Source of the DNA: a virus | Reading direction: 5' to 3' (one strand) | Length of the DNA stretch: 64,000 nucleotides | IMG/VR virus record: IMGVR_UViG_3300044946_000078 | Span: 11,625 to 75,624 of that record | Part shown: positions 1 to 11,052 of the stretch, in pieces | How positions within the stretch are numbered: the stretch's first letter is position 1 | Layout of the letters: each line of letters opens with the position of its first letter | Notes under the pieces: model-generated | What the model saw: only the letters and a program-made list of their open reading frames with translations | What the model was told of the DNA's origin: nothing | Databases searched by the model: none | Position numbers and translations under genes: made by a program

Positions 1-256
1 GAATAAGCAATAAGATGCCTATTACTCAAGAAGACATCATTGATCTTTATTTCGATGTATGTAGCAAAAATGGCCGAACAATTAGAATCAGGAAAGGGAT
101 GAATTGGAATCAAGTTACGACAGCTATAGAGGCCGATAAAGATCACCCAGAGGTTCGATATAAGGCCAGGCAATGGTTTATGAACAATCTCGGCAATTGC
201 ATTATCAAAGGCAAATTATTAGTTATTCCAGTTATAGAAATAGATTAAAATATATT

Positions 257-457
257 ATGAGCAAGAAAAGTAGACAAAATAATTATCCAATTGTTGATGA
301 ATTGCCCGATGGCGCGATTAGAGTCAGTGAATTCGCCGAAGAATGGCCGTGCAACACTTCCTATATATATAAGTTAGTCAGCGAAGGCAAAAACGAAAGC
401 CATAACTTCTACATTGTGGTATTTAAAGGCATCAATTTCGTCATTAAAATGAATTAA
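257..457 (+). CDS. small helix-turn-helix DNA-binding protein (excisionase/AlpA-like)
   Basis: ORF 173..457, likely start at MSKKS (257); IRVSEFAEEWPCNTSYIYKLV resembles an HTH. Confidence 0.4.
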   Translation: MSKKSRQNNYPIVDELPDGAIRVSEFAEEWPCNTSYIYKLVSEGKNESHNFYIVVFKGINFVIKMN

Positions 458-488
458 CAATTTTTCTTTAAAAATAGTTGTAGAATTA

Positions 489-520
489 TTTGATAGTTAC
501 AAGTTACTATCCTATCTTTG
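489..520 (+). promoter_or_regulatory. Bacteroidota-type sigma70 promoter for the + strand early genes
   Basis: TTTG (489-492) - 20 nt - TATCTTTG (513-520) matches the TTTG/TAnnTTTG consensus, just upstream of ATG 552. Confidence 0.7.
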
Positions 521-3500
521 ATTCATCAAACAAACAATAACACTTTCCTTTATGAAAAAGATTGAACTTATTTGCAAAGGGACCTCTTGGTACGCAAAGT
601 TTTATGAACCCCGCGTAATTGCGCTTTTCGGAACCGATACCATTATGACCCCCTATATGAGCAATACGCCCGCAAGCGTTGTTCTCCGGGAAATATCTGC
701 TAAGAATCCGGATTGTATCGTAATCGTTCTTTAACAAGTTATCTAATCTCTTAACCTCTAAATAATAATTAGTTATGAAAAAGATGCACACACACAAAGA
801 CTTTAAATCGATAATGCTCGTTCTAGTTATCAGCCTCTCTTTTTTTGCACTCTTAACGTACGTGTGGTTCACCCTTTTACCTATTGATTAAACTAGCTTG
901 TATTCCTATATCCGCCAAACCCGATACCGTAAATGGATCGGGCTTTGGGGGCAAAACCTCTTACTATATGACTACCATTACCTTATCAAGCAAGAAAATA
1001 ACATTAGCCACTGTCAAATCATTCGTAAAGGCTAATCGTGATCGCCTCTTTATCAATGTCGAATCCTCTTTTGATGGAATGTATGATATGTGTATGTCCA
1101 AAGACGGAGGATTTAACCCTGTCGAGGCTGCTTCCTTTGAAGGCTCTCCTTTTTATATAAAAGATATGCAAGACACAACGTTAGGCATTAAAGGCGCATG
1201 GTTTGTTCGCCAAAGTAGTGATTATTTCAGGCATTATGATGAAAATGGATTTGAAGGAATCGCCGTATCAAATTCATGCGGGGCTTTTATCTTAGCCATT
1301 AAAAAATAGTCTCCATGGAACCGTCTATAATAAAAATAAGCGGATGTCAAAGTATGACCGGCGATGATTGCCCTTTTTATCGGATTTCTGAAAATCCAGA
1401 TGAAGGAGTAGGAGATAAATGGTGTGAACATCCACATGCTCCACGTAATTCATTTTTGACTACCCTAAAGACTAATCACCCCAAGTGGTGCCCCTTATTA
1501 ACACAAAATATCCTAATCACTTTAAATACTTCTATATGAAATACGAACTTATGTACTGGCACGCTTTCTTTGTTAGACGTGGCTTATATTCCAGGGCAAC
1601 CGTAGCAATGTTCCTTATGAAAGAAGGACGTTTTACCACCAATAAATCAGAAAGCTATTCTAAGCTGTGGCGCATGACGTACGCAACTCCTATTAACTAA
1701 TATTAATCACCTTTTAATATGCTCTCATGAAAAAAATATTGGTTCACGGTGTTGAAATGACTCCTCTCCAAGAAATGCAGTTATCCAAATGGTTATCAAA
1801 CAACCAAATAGCTCTCAATACCCTTTATCCGGCGCAAAGAACAGCGCTTATCCAAAAATGGCTCGTCGCTAACTCTTAATTTATCACCTTTTAAATAGTA
1901 AGTAATTATGAAATTAGAAGGAACGTCTAAAAAATCTCTTTTAATTGATTGCTTGGATATTCTAAAAGAAGCTGTTGAGCTAGAAGAGCGAACCTATCAC
2001 ATAGTCAATAGAAGTAACCAGCAAGAACCATACATGATGCCGCCTTGGTACATAAAAGCTAAAAGCATCCTCAAAAAAAGTAAATCCTTAAACTTATGAT
2101 ACTCTACAAGTTATCTTTTAAGCAAACAGTTATAGACTTCTATGGGTCTAGGATTGTATTTGGATTGTCTCATTACTCTTTCAGTAAAATTTAAATCAAT
2201 TATTTATGTTCAAATATGTATTCATCTTTGAAACCGGCAAAATATACAAGGCTAACGAAATAACAGCGGCGGATCTTATAAAGGTAGGAGAAGGAATATT
2301 GGATATTGTACGAATAAGTGATATGAAACTGCTTAAGACAACCCATGTTGATGGGGCATGGATTAATATACCCGAATATATATAATTTAAACGTTACCGG
2401 ATAACGATACCGGATTTTAAAATGGACCCACGAATAGATGAAACCCTCAAAGCCGTATGGGCTGGCATTCTGACTGATCAGCAACTAAAAGATGCGATTA
2501 CTCATTACCAACAATTAGTTGACTTGTTGTCACCTCATGGTGATATATACGCTCTTACATATAGAGATGCATGTCAAACTCTCGATACTCTTCGTCGAAT
2601 GAAATATCTTAGAGAAGATTAATAATTACCTTATGCGCCACAACATAAACATATCCAAATCTCAAAACGACTTCCTAGAACTTATTATCCACGAAGATGC
2701 CGCAAAAAACATCTCTGGGGCCGTTCAATGGTGTATAGATGCTTGCCAACGTATCGAAAAACTATATGGTACCGATGCTTGTGATATTAGCTTCAACGAT
2801 ATAAGAATACCAGATTTACCAAGCGCCGAAGAAGTACTTAAAGCCGGAGAGGAATATGAAAAAGAACACCCAAATCGGTTCTTTTCTAGGAATGAAGTAA
2901 TGGGTATCTTAGAACAATATGAAAATAGCGTTGATCATCTTGCCCCACCTTTTCCTACTGACTGGTTTCAAACAAACTATCCAACTAAATAACAAAACTT
3001 ATGACCAAAAATGAATTTCACGCTTTCTTGCGTAGCGAAGGATTAACAGGACACTACAAAGGAAATTTAAACGACGGTATCATGTATATACGTGGTAAAG
3101 TAATAGGCAAAACACTATGGGATTATATCCGTAGTAAAGCCTATAGTTGTCACTTCCAGGTTGAAATAGATAAAGCCTAATTTATGTACGCAATAGGATC
3201 AGCAATATACGATGGGCTTCTTTCTCACGTCAACGGAAACGCTTATGCCTTTCGCGAAAAGACCGAACAAATAGAACAAGGTGCTACAGTGTGTTTTTTT
3301 GATACAAAAGAAGACACCATTAATTACATAAAAGATATGCAGAGCGAGACATCCTTTTTTATCGGCGATCTCCCTTATCCAGTTTATTTAGGAGATAATC
3401 CATAACCAATACAACAACTTAGCATTTAATTACGTTTAAATAAGAAAAAATGAACTTGCAAGAATTTCCATTCCCCAAAATGACAGCCATAGATATGGCA

Positions 3501-4076
3501 TTCCCAACGGCCAGTACTGACCCACTTCTTTTAAAAGAAGCTAAAGAAAGGGGATTTTATAATGGCCATGAAAAGGGAAACGAAATGTTTAATCAACTAT
3601 TTTATAGCGGTGGGCAAGTAGTATTTAAGAAGGGAATCTCTGAAGAATTTGCTAATGACGCATATAGTTATCTTCGGGGATTTATAGGATCGTGGGCTCC
3701 TAAACATCAAGAAAAGGAGGCTATATGTGCGCTTATTCTTTCAGAAATAGCTGAACGAGTTGATCCTGTAAAAGAATCTAAAAAGAAACAATAAATACTA
3801 TTAGTTATGCCCCATACTCCTGCCTCCTGGTTTTCCCATACTAGTGACGATGGCTGGAAATCCGTTATAGATAGAAACAATCACCTTATATGCTCACTTC
3901 CTCGTATAGCCACTAATTCCGATCAAGAAGCTAATTTAAGGCTATTGGAACGCGCCCCGGAATTGTTAGGCGCATTGGAAGAAATAACAGACTTGATCGC
4001 TACCTATCATTTGGATACACAACAAGATGTTTTTGATTCCAGTTACAAAGCCAAAGATCTAATCAAAAGAATAAAA

Positions 4077-4421
4077 GATAACCAATAAACATTACTTATG
4101 CGCCATGAAAAAATATTTATCCGGGAAGATAAAAGCAAAGTGAGTCTTACCGTTTCTATTGACATCTCAACTTATTCCAGAACTCCCATAGAATGGGATT
4201 TTTCAGTAGCCATTTGCGAGCCAAGAAAGCGTACATGGAAATATGTAACAAATAAGGATGATTATAGTTGGCGAAAACTATCCATGGAAGATAGAGCTAA
4301 ATATGATAGATCCATGTATCTTAAACACGTTACAACTGAAGAGGTTCTGGAAGTTCAGATGGAATTGTGGGAAATGATCAAACCTAAACTTATTGATAAC
4401 CAATAAATACATTACTTATGC
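4077..4421 (+). repeat. imperfect direct repeat flanking ORF 4098..4406
   Basis: GATAACCAATAAA-C-ATTACTTATGC (4077-4101) and GATAACCAATAAA-TAC-ATTACTTATGC (4395-4421). Confidence 0.85.
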
Positions 4422-4682
4422 CTTTACTTAATATAGAAGTTCTCAAATATGGAGAGGAAAACCACGCTATCGAGCAAATGGTAGCTAATCATCGCCAAGG
4501 AAGAACTCAGCTCGTCTTAGAAACAATTGCTGGATACATGCTCGCTAAAAGGGCTCAATTTCCTATCGTCAATAAAGGCTATACAATTTGCTATTTGGAC
4601 GCCTTTCAACGACTAAATATTTCAGAAGACGGAGGAGAGACCAATACACTTAGTATTTATTGGGAAGAATAAAATAAAAATC

Positions 4683-5138
4683 ATGAAAAGAAAAATTGAA
4701 TTTAGGGCCTTTGACACTGAACTTAAAGTAATGATGGACGACGGAGGTATCTGTGTATATTCAGATGGGACTATAGGCATGGATATTGGCGATTTTGATT
4801 CATACTATGGCCACATAGTAGATCATGATAGTCTCCCAGTACACATAGGCGCAGGAGACGACTGGCTGTTTATCCTAGATAAAATTGAATTAATGCAATT
4901 CACTGACCTATTCGACAAAAACAATACACCCATATACGAAGGAGATATTGTAAGAGACAGTGAGGTTATTTATTGGGTTGAATTTGGTTCTTTCACTCAT
5001 GATGAATGTACTTTTCAAGGATGGCTCATTAAAAGCAATAGACTTGGATTTGGTGGGGGCCTATCTCCGGATGATAGTTCAGTTTTAGAAGTAATAGGGA
5101 ACATCTATCAGCACGCTCATTTGCTAGAACAAAAATAA
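4683..5138 (+). CDS. YopX family protein
   Basis: N-terminal IEFRAFD, LMQFTDLFDKNNTPIYEGDIV and C-terminal EVIGNIY signature. Confidence 0.85.
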   Translation: MKRKIEFRAFDTELKVMMDDGGICVYSDGTIGMDIGDFDSYYGHIVDHDSLPVHIGAGDDWLFILDKIELMQFTDLFDKNNTPIYEGDIVRDSEVIYWVEFGSFTHDECTFQGWLIKSNRLGFGGGLSPDDSSVLEVIGNIYQHAHLLEQK

Positions 5139-5692
5139 ATTCATATTATATGGGACTAAATACTTATGAACTTGTTGACGATTCCTACTCCTCCATACAG
5201 CATGTATTTGATACATGTGAGGCAGAATCAATTGAAAGTGCGAAAGATATTTTCCGTGAACGTGGATGGGGAATAACCACCGAAAATGTAAGGCTTCAGC
5301 CAGATCAGGAATAACCATTAAACTAACTACTTATGGAACACGATAAAAAACTATTGGATGCCGCCGATCATTTCATGGAAAATGATGAAACACTTGATAG
5401 ATTGGACCAAGAGAATAGATCTTTCAGCGCTGGTAAATACGGTTTTATGAGTGGGGCTGAATGGCAAAAAGAACAAGATAGTGATCTTCTTAAAGCACTA
5501 CAAGATTTATACGTGGTAGCTGCTCCTAAATTTACACATATTTTCGATGGTGTAAAAAGCGAACATCCAGTGCTTTTGCAAACAAGGGAATCCATTATAA
5601 AAGCAGGAGGTGCAATATGATGATCTTATCCATACTCGAATTAACTGGACTAGTTGCTGCTTGTATTCATTACTTAATTAAAAATATGAAGC

Positions 5693-6376
5693 ATGGAAAA
5701 TAAACTTGAATGTAGACCTGTATTGCTTCAATCTTATGATGGAACAAAAGGATTAATCAAGGTAAAAGATGGCATATTATCACTTGTTCCTCCATTAATG
5801 AGGTTCTATACCTCTGAACATCTATACCTTGTTAGTGATAGAGAGATAGAAGAAGGTGATTATATATATGGGTATGGGGGGATTAGTAAATTCGGGGGAA
5901 TGCTTCAAATGTATGAATATCTTCATAGATATAAGAAAGTAGAAGCATCTACAGACCCTTCATTAGGTCGTCCTGGCGTCCCTAAAGAATGGATCGAAAA
6001 AGAGTATATAGCAAAGCAGGGTAAGATTGATAAGGTTTGGCTTAAAATGTCAGAATATACAACAAGGTGGGACATGGGAGAAATTGGAGTACAGGCAGAA
6101 AATACAACCGCCCAAGCTCCTTCAACTAATCAACGAGGTGAAGTAATCATCCTATCTACAGTAGAGGAGAAAAAAGATTATCTCATGCCTGGGGACGGCG
6201 ATGGATTCGGCAACTTCTTAAAAGGCAACTTAAATCTACCTGGCAAAGTTATCGTAAATAAACCACCGACAAAAACATACACAAGAGAAGAAGTAATGAA
6301 TATTATATTGAATTGGCATGATGACCAATCGACACTTTCTATCAAAGATTGGTTCGACTCAAATTATCCACTCTAA
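5693..6376 (+). CDS. hypothetical phage protein
   Basis: 227-aa ORF; C-terminal YTREEV...WFDSNYP resembles the end of ORF 2633..2992 (FSRNEV...WFQTNYP). Confidence 0.6.
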   Translation: MENKLECRPVLLQSYDGTKGLIKVKDGILSLVPPLMRFYTSEHLYLVSDREIEEGDYIYGYGGISKFGGMLQMYEYLHRYKKVEASTDPSLGRPGVPKEWIEKEYIAKQGKIDKVWLKMSEYTTRWDMGEIGVQAENTTAQAPSTNQRGEVIILSTVEEKKDYLMPGDGDGFGNFLKGNLNLPGKVIVNKPPTKTYTREEVMNIILNWHDDQSTLSIKDWFDSNYPL

Positions 6377-8001
6377 ATAACTTACTTTATGCAAAAGATA
6401 ACAGGTAATGAAACCGTATTGGGAATGCCATCATGGCAAGGAGAAAATCGCATATTTGAACCAGCTGAAGGAATGCCCCTACGGCTATATATAGCAACTA
6501 TGATCCAATCTGGTCTTGTTTCTAACCCCACCTGCAACAAATTTGGCCCTAATTGGTATTCAGAAACGGCACTTAAACATGTTGACGTATTAATAGACGC
6601 CTACAACAAAACACCTAATCCCAATGATGGCTCTCAAGACTATTAAATATAAATTGTATGTCATTCACAATTGTATTAAATAATCACCTATTCTTTATCT
6701 GCGTAGCTGTACTTTGGGTAGCTGCTATAGTATGGATAGTGATTGAAATAAGGAATGCTCCGCTTGATCCTTCCGATCTTAATGAAGAACCTAGGCGATA
6801 CTACAACGAAGGTATAATGGACGAGATCCACAAAAACTAATTAAAATGAGCAATAAAACTTTTGGTACTATTGGGATTTGCATAATATTCATTGGGTCCG
6901 CATCGTTTTTTTTTGGTATAAATGATGTTGGAATTATGTGCGTTCCAACGGGGACTATCATGTCAGTTGGTGGTCTTATTTTACGTGAAATAGATAACTT
7001 AAAAAACAAACCATGAATTGCCACGAATATCAAAACCTAAACATCAAAGAGAAGCGAGAATTCATTGGCAGCTTAGTTCACGCTGCTACATGCGATTCAA
7101 TTGGATTTACGGACGCAGAAAAGCTCATCGCCAAAGCTCATATAAGAGGTGTCTTTGAAGATGTAATTATTAATCCCTCGCAGGAAGAACCAGAAACCGA
7201 AAAATAGATTATATGAATATAAAATTATTTCAGTATGGATGTACGCTCGTGTTAGGACTAACATTAGGTTGGATAGCTGCTTGGAATGATAAGCCAGTTC
7301 AGGTAATTACACATACTATAATAGATTCAATTTGTTATATAGGCCCATGTCCTTCCCCGAAATTAGATTCAGGCTATACCGCACTTTCTGTTTATAGCAT
7401 AACGCTAAATCCATACTGGCATAGATATCATCAAGGGAAGTTTTTATATGTGATAAAATATAAAAACATGGGACCTGGATTTACTTATCTATCAATTAAT
7501 AGCAACGAAAAATGGCAAGTTGGAGATTACATTTACGTCAGCAATAAAATTCCATTAAAATGAAACCACACACATTATTTGAGATAGAAGACTTCCAAAG
7601 GGATGATCTTACTATCCAAGTCCAAATCGAAGGAAGAGGAGCTATAGACATCCCTCGCCCAGCGTACGAAAAGTTCCTTAAAGATTCGGGAAGACTTAAT
7701 ATCTATGACCCCGAAAATCCTATAAAATTTTGGGGACAAATGAATGCCGAACTATATTGGGATTGTAAGTCTGAATTTTTCATTGCCAACGATTTGTATG
7801 AGTACATCATACGAAATCACGATTTAGTACATGAAATACTGATGGCATGAACGACAGCCGCGATAACTCAGATTTTTCAGGATGCTTCGATTACTTAATA
7901 ATCGGAATCTTAGTCCTGATTATTGTACTCGGTTGCTTTGCTCTTATTACACCTCTTTTGCCAGATCATTTTTTAACAACTTTAATTAATAAAATCACAC
8001 A

Positions 8002-8148
8002 ATGAAACGTTCAATTCTTATTTTAACTCTATTAACAGGTATTCTTGGTGGATTACTTGGAGGATGCGCAAAGTATCCGTATGGCGTAAACTACTACCGG
8101 AACAATCCCCACTGTGGCTCTATCAATGGTCATTATCATCATCTATGA
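8002..8148 (+). CDS. small putative lipoprotein (48 aa)
   Basis: MKRSILILTLLTGILGGLLGG-C: basic N-terminus, hydrophobic core, lipobox-like LGGC; not in the ORF track. Confidence 0.5.
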   Translation: MKRSILILTLLTGILGGLLGGCAKYPYGVNYYRNNPHCGSINGHYHHL

Positions 8149-8227
8149 AGGCGATACCATACATAGCTACGGCGGTTCTTATTGCATTGGCTATTAGAAT
8201 CATATTCATCATTTAAAATCAAAAAAT

Positions 8228-8650
8228 ATGTCTCTTTTATTTTGGAAAAGAAAAGGAACAAATAAGGTGATCCATCCTGATTGCTACCAAAAACTTCCTA
8301 TTAGTAAGAAGGTTCTGTACGAACAGACAAAAAACCAACCTACTCATTACTATAGGGGTGATTCCTATGACGATGGGCTTGCTCTCATAGAAGGTGCAAT
8401 CATCGGAGCCGAAGTAGCTAATTTAATGGATGACGGTAGCTCTAATTCTGGCTCATCAGATACTTCTTTTGGCGGTTTTGGTGGGGGAGATTTCGGGGGC
8501 GCAGGGGCTGGCGGAGATTGGGGCAATTCTGGATCTTCTGACCTTGGTAGTTCCTCATCCGATTCCGGATCTTCCTATGATTCTGGCAGCAGTTCGGATA
8601 GCTCAAGCACCTATGATAGCGGATCCTTGGATTCTGGTGGAGGATGGTAA
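8228..8650 (+). CDS. hypothetical protein with Gly/Ser-rich low-complexity tail
   Basis: SFGGFGGGDFGGAGAGGDW followed by SSSSDSGSS repeats. Confidence 0.7.
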   Translation: MSLLFWKRKGTNKVIHPDCYQKLPISKKVLYEQTKNQPTHYYRGDSYDDGLALIEGAIIGAEVANLMDDGSSNSGSSDTSFGGFGGGDFGGAGAGGDWGNSGSSDLGSSSSDSGSSYDSGSSSDSSSTYDSGSLDSGGGW

Positions 8651-8687
8651 TTACGCAGCAGGTATTTTTTCATATAGGATAAGGTTT

Positions 8688-8768
8688 GAAAAAACGGGGG
8701 TTGTATTCTTACATGCCCCCTATTTTTTTATCCAAAGAAAAGGCCCGTGTGTAGATACACCGGGCCTA
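8688..8768. terminator. pair of hairpins at the convergence of early (+) and late (-) transcription
   Basis: GGGGGTTGTA-TTCT-TACATGCCCCC followed by a T-run, and AGGCCCG-TGTGTAGATACAC-CGGGCCT preceded by an A-run. Confidence 0.7.
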
Positions 8769-8794
8769 ACGATTGCTTGCCATATAAAATGTCT

Positions 8795-9448
8795 TTATGC
8801 TGGGGCTAACCAGATAACTGAATCTAGTAAGTTGTCATTTTGTGTTGTAGATGGATCATATTCGATCCCATCTAGGGTCTTTTGATCATGCTGGATTAGC
8901 TGATATCCCCTTACAGCCACAGAACCGCCGTTATAGGCTCGCCAGTAGTGCGTAAAGCTTAAATTGGCATATAGCTGCTCCGGAGATAAGCCAGTCTGAA
9001 ATCCAACATATAGCCCTGGTAGATAGCCGCCCTCGGTAACGGCAGATGCCCAATTATTACAATACCCAATGATGTCTTCGGAAGTTGCCTCTTTTGACAC
9101 CATTTCTAAATCGAGCCACAATACCATCCCGCTAGGCAATCCAACTGTATTTTTAGCATACGATGCCGCAAAACCACCATATTGGCTCCCTAGTTCCGGC
9201 GTAGGTAACCAGTCGGGCAATGGAACGTGTTGTACTGCGCTAAGACACAGTCCAGATGCCAATATCAAAGTAGCTTCTTCATAAGTCAGATTCCCCGACA
9301 TTAAGGCCGACGTACGTGGTAGATATCGAATGGCTCCCACAAATCCAGCCTCCTTAAACTCTTTTGCTTGTAAGGCTGTAAGAGGAGCGTTGACATCAAA
9401 TACTTGAAGTCCCTGAGAGGCCTTTTGTACTGTTCCTTGTAGTGGCAT
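8795..9448 (-). CDS. endolysin, DUF1906/GH25-like glycoside hydrolase
   Basis: AIRYL, LTYEE, GLPSGMVLWLDLE, GYLPGLYVG motifs; last gene of the late operon, near membrane-protein genes. Confidence 0.75.
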   Translation of the reverse strand: MPLQGTVQKASQGLQVFDVNAPLTALQAKEFKEAGFVGAIRYLPRTSALMSGNLTYEEATLILASGLCLSAVQHVPLPDWLPTPELGSQYGGFAASYAKNTVGLPSGMVLWLDLEMVSKEATSEDIIGYCNNWASAVTEGGYLPGLYVGFQTGLSPEQLYANLSFTHYWRAYNGGSVAVRGYQLIQHDQKTLDGIEYDPSTTQNDNLLDSVIWLAPA

Positions 9449-9954
9449 TATGATGCGCTTGAATTAGAAACTTTATAAGCTACACGGGCCGTATTGGCGG
9501 TCGCTACTGTTATATTAGATCCAGCAGGAGCGAGTTTCGACATTACCAAATTACCGTAACTGTTCAGTAATACTTGCTGCTGTGCGGGACTTGCGGTAGC
9601 TACTTTTGTTAAAGCGGCTTTAGCTACGGCATCAGGATTAGCCAAGGTTTCATTTTCTGCGCCGGTAGCGGGTGCGCCAGTGGCTGTAACTAACCCATCC
9701 AAATAGGTAAGACCAGCAAGAATACCCGCCAAAATGGTATTAGCAATGGATGCTGCCGTAGTCCCGATATTATCCGGGATAAGCGATTCTATTGTAACTG
9801 CTTCAGGATTGTTTAATTCACTTTGAAGTTTTTCGATGAAGGCTTCGGCAGTAGGCACCAATTCCTGTTCTTCCTTGGAAAGAGAAGAGAAAAATGATTT
9901 TATGGCATCCCATGCGCCTACTAAAATGGATTCAATGTCTTGTAAAAGATTCAT
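9448..9954 (-). CDS. hypothetical protein in lysis cassette
   Basis: 168-aa Ala-rich helical ORF coupled to the endolysin start. Confidence 0.6.
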   Translation of the reverse strand: MNLLQDIESILVGAWDAIKSFFSSLSKEEQELVPTAEAFIEKLQSELNNPEAVTIESLIPDNIGTTAASIANTILAGILAGLTYLDGLVTATGAPATGAENETLANPDAVAKAALTKVATASPAQQQVLLNSYGNLVMSKLAPAGSNITVATANTARVAYKVSNSSAS

Positions 9955-9971
9955 GATTTTATGATTTATAG

Positions 9972-10232
9972 TTAAATTTCGATGTCGATTGAAAGCTCTC
10001 GTTTATCCAGCGCCACTTTTTTCTTAAACTCGTACTCCTCTTTTTTTAGAGCAAATTTCCTTTCCTTTCGTTTGTCATGCCAGTTTATTAAGCGAGTTAC
10101 CAAAATAGTAATTAGCGACACCAATGCTATGATCGATTTAACATCGGCTATCCCATTCTCCCATACTATGCCGCCGGTTAAAGCTATCATAATTATTTCC
10201 GCTATTACCCATTTTGATATAACTATTTCCAC
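9972..10232 (-). CDS. holin-like membrane protein (2 TM, basic C-terminus)
   Basis: ORF 9972..10358, likely GTG start at 10232; two hydrophobic segments followed by a K/R-rich tail. Confidence 0.5.
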   Translation of the reverse strand: MEIVISKWVIAEIIMIALTGGIVWENGIADVKSIIALVSLITILVTRLINWHDKRKERKFALKKEEYEFKKKVALDKRELSIDIEI

Positions 10233-10531
10233 TTTTTTAATTTTAGCAATTGCGGAATGGAAATCATCAACATGATTACGATATCTATCGAAAAAAACAC
10301 CAATATTATGTTGGGTTTGCTCGCTTTGACGTAATTGTTTTGTGCGGAAATCTGCCATAAAAGTAAAAAAGTTGCGAATAATGTAATAAGAAGGGCAATC
10401 CTTCTATATTCTTTATTCGTTCTAAGATACAAATATAATACCCAAAATCCTAAGCAGTCTTTTATCTTGTCCCAAAGATAGAATTTGGCATTCCATGCCG
10501 CTAAGACATTCAAATCAAATCTAGCGAACAT
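10223..10531 (-). CDS. multi-pass membrane protein in lysis cassette
   Basis: three hydrophobic segments; N-terminus may extend via a frameshift (see findings). Confidence 0.55.
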   Translation of the reverse strand: MFARFDLNVLAAWNAKFYLWDKIKDCLGFWVLYLYLRTNKEYRRIALLITLFATFLLLWQISAQNNYVKASKPNIILVFFSIDIVIMLMISIPQLLKLKKWK

Positions 10532-10590
10532 AAAAAACCCCCATCAATCCGACAAGATAAAAGACCACTAAGAGCCTGAAGACATACTCC

Positions 10591-10764
10591 TTATGGAACA
10601 TCTGGCGGAGTAGGAGGTGTGATCCCGCCAGGAGGATCTTGAGCACTTTGTTGTTCGATAGAGATGAGCGCATCTAAGTGGGCCAACTTTTGCTGTACCT
10701 TGGCATCTAAGGTAGATAAAAGATTCGATTTTTCAGTCATTAAAGACTCCAAAAATGTAGACAT
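10591..10764 (-). CDS. 57-aa coiled-coil protein with Pro-rich tail
   Basis: MSTFLESLMTEKSNLLSTLDAKVQQKLAHLDALISIEQQSAQDPPGGITPPTPPDVP; fills the gap in the - strand operon; not in the ORF track. Confidence 0.6.
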   Translation of the reverse strand: MSTFLESLMTEKSNLLSTLDAKVQQKLAHLDALISIEQQSAQDPPGGITPPTPPDVP

Positions 10765-10785
10765 AGTTTTACTTTTTATTGTTAG

Positions 10786-11049
10786 TCAAACGGGATCTGA
10801 TTTCGGTGCTGGCTCGGGATCGGGCGTTAAAGAAATTCCGAACATTTCCCCAATCAATACAAACACAGGAGCAAAGGCGGCAGCAATGACGGCAATCTTG
10901 GCTATCATTGGCTGTGGAATACCAAGTGCAGCCAACATCCCTGTTCCAGATGCAGCAAAGAGAATATAAAATTTAGGTATCCAATGGGCAAAGGCGGGGG
11001 TTTGAGCGCCTAATATTTGTCCAAATCCAAATTTCGTCGTAGTTGCCAT
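10786..11049 (-). CDS. putative holin (2 TM)
   Basis: 87 aa with two hydrophobic helices, located in the lysis region. Confidence 0.5.
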   Translation of the reverse strand: MATTTKFGFGQILGAQTPAFAHWIPKFYILFAASGTGMLAALGIPQPMIAKIAVIAAAFAPVFVLIGEMFGISLTPDPEPAPKSDPV

Positions 11050-11052
11050 TAT

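Larger units (their letters stand above)
552..8650 (+). other. array of about 30 small co-oriented hypothetical genes (early/accessory region)
   Basis: tightly packed + strand ORFs of roughly 40-230 aa with short AT-rich spacers, including sub-60-aa ORFs not in the track (e.g. 2206..2385, 5150..5314). Confidence 0.8.

Noticed and set aside
8430-8885. 151-aa ORF overlapping 8228..8650
   Set aside because: It is an alternative frame of the Gly/Ser low-complexity region and runs through two terminator hairpins into the endolysin.
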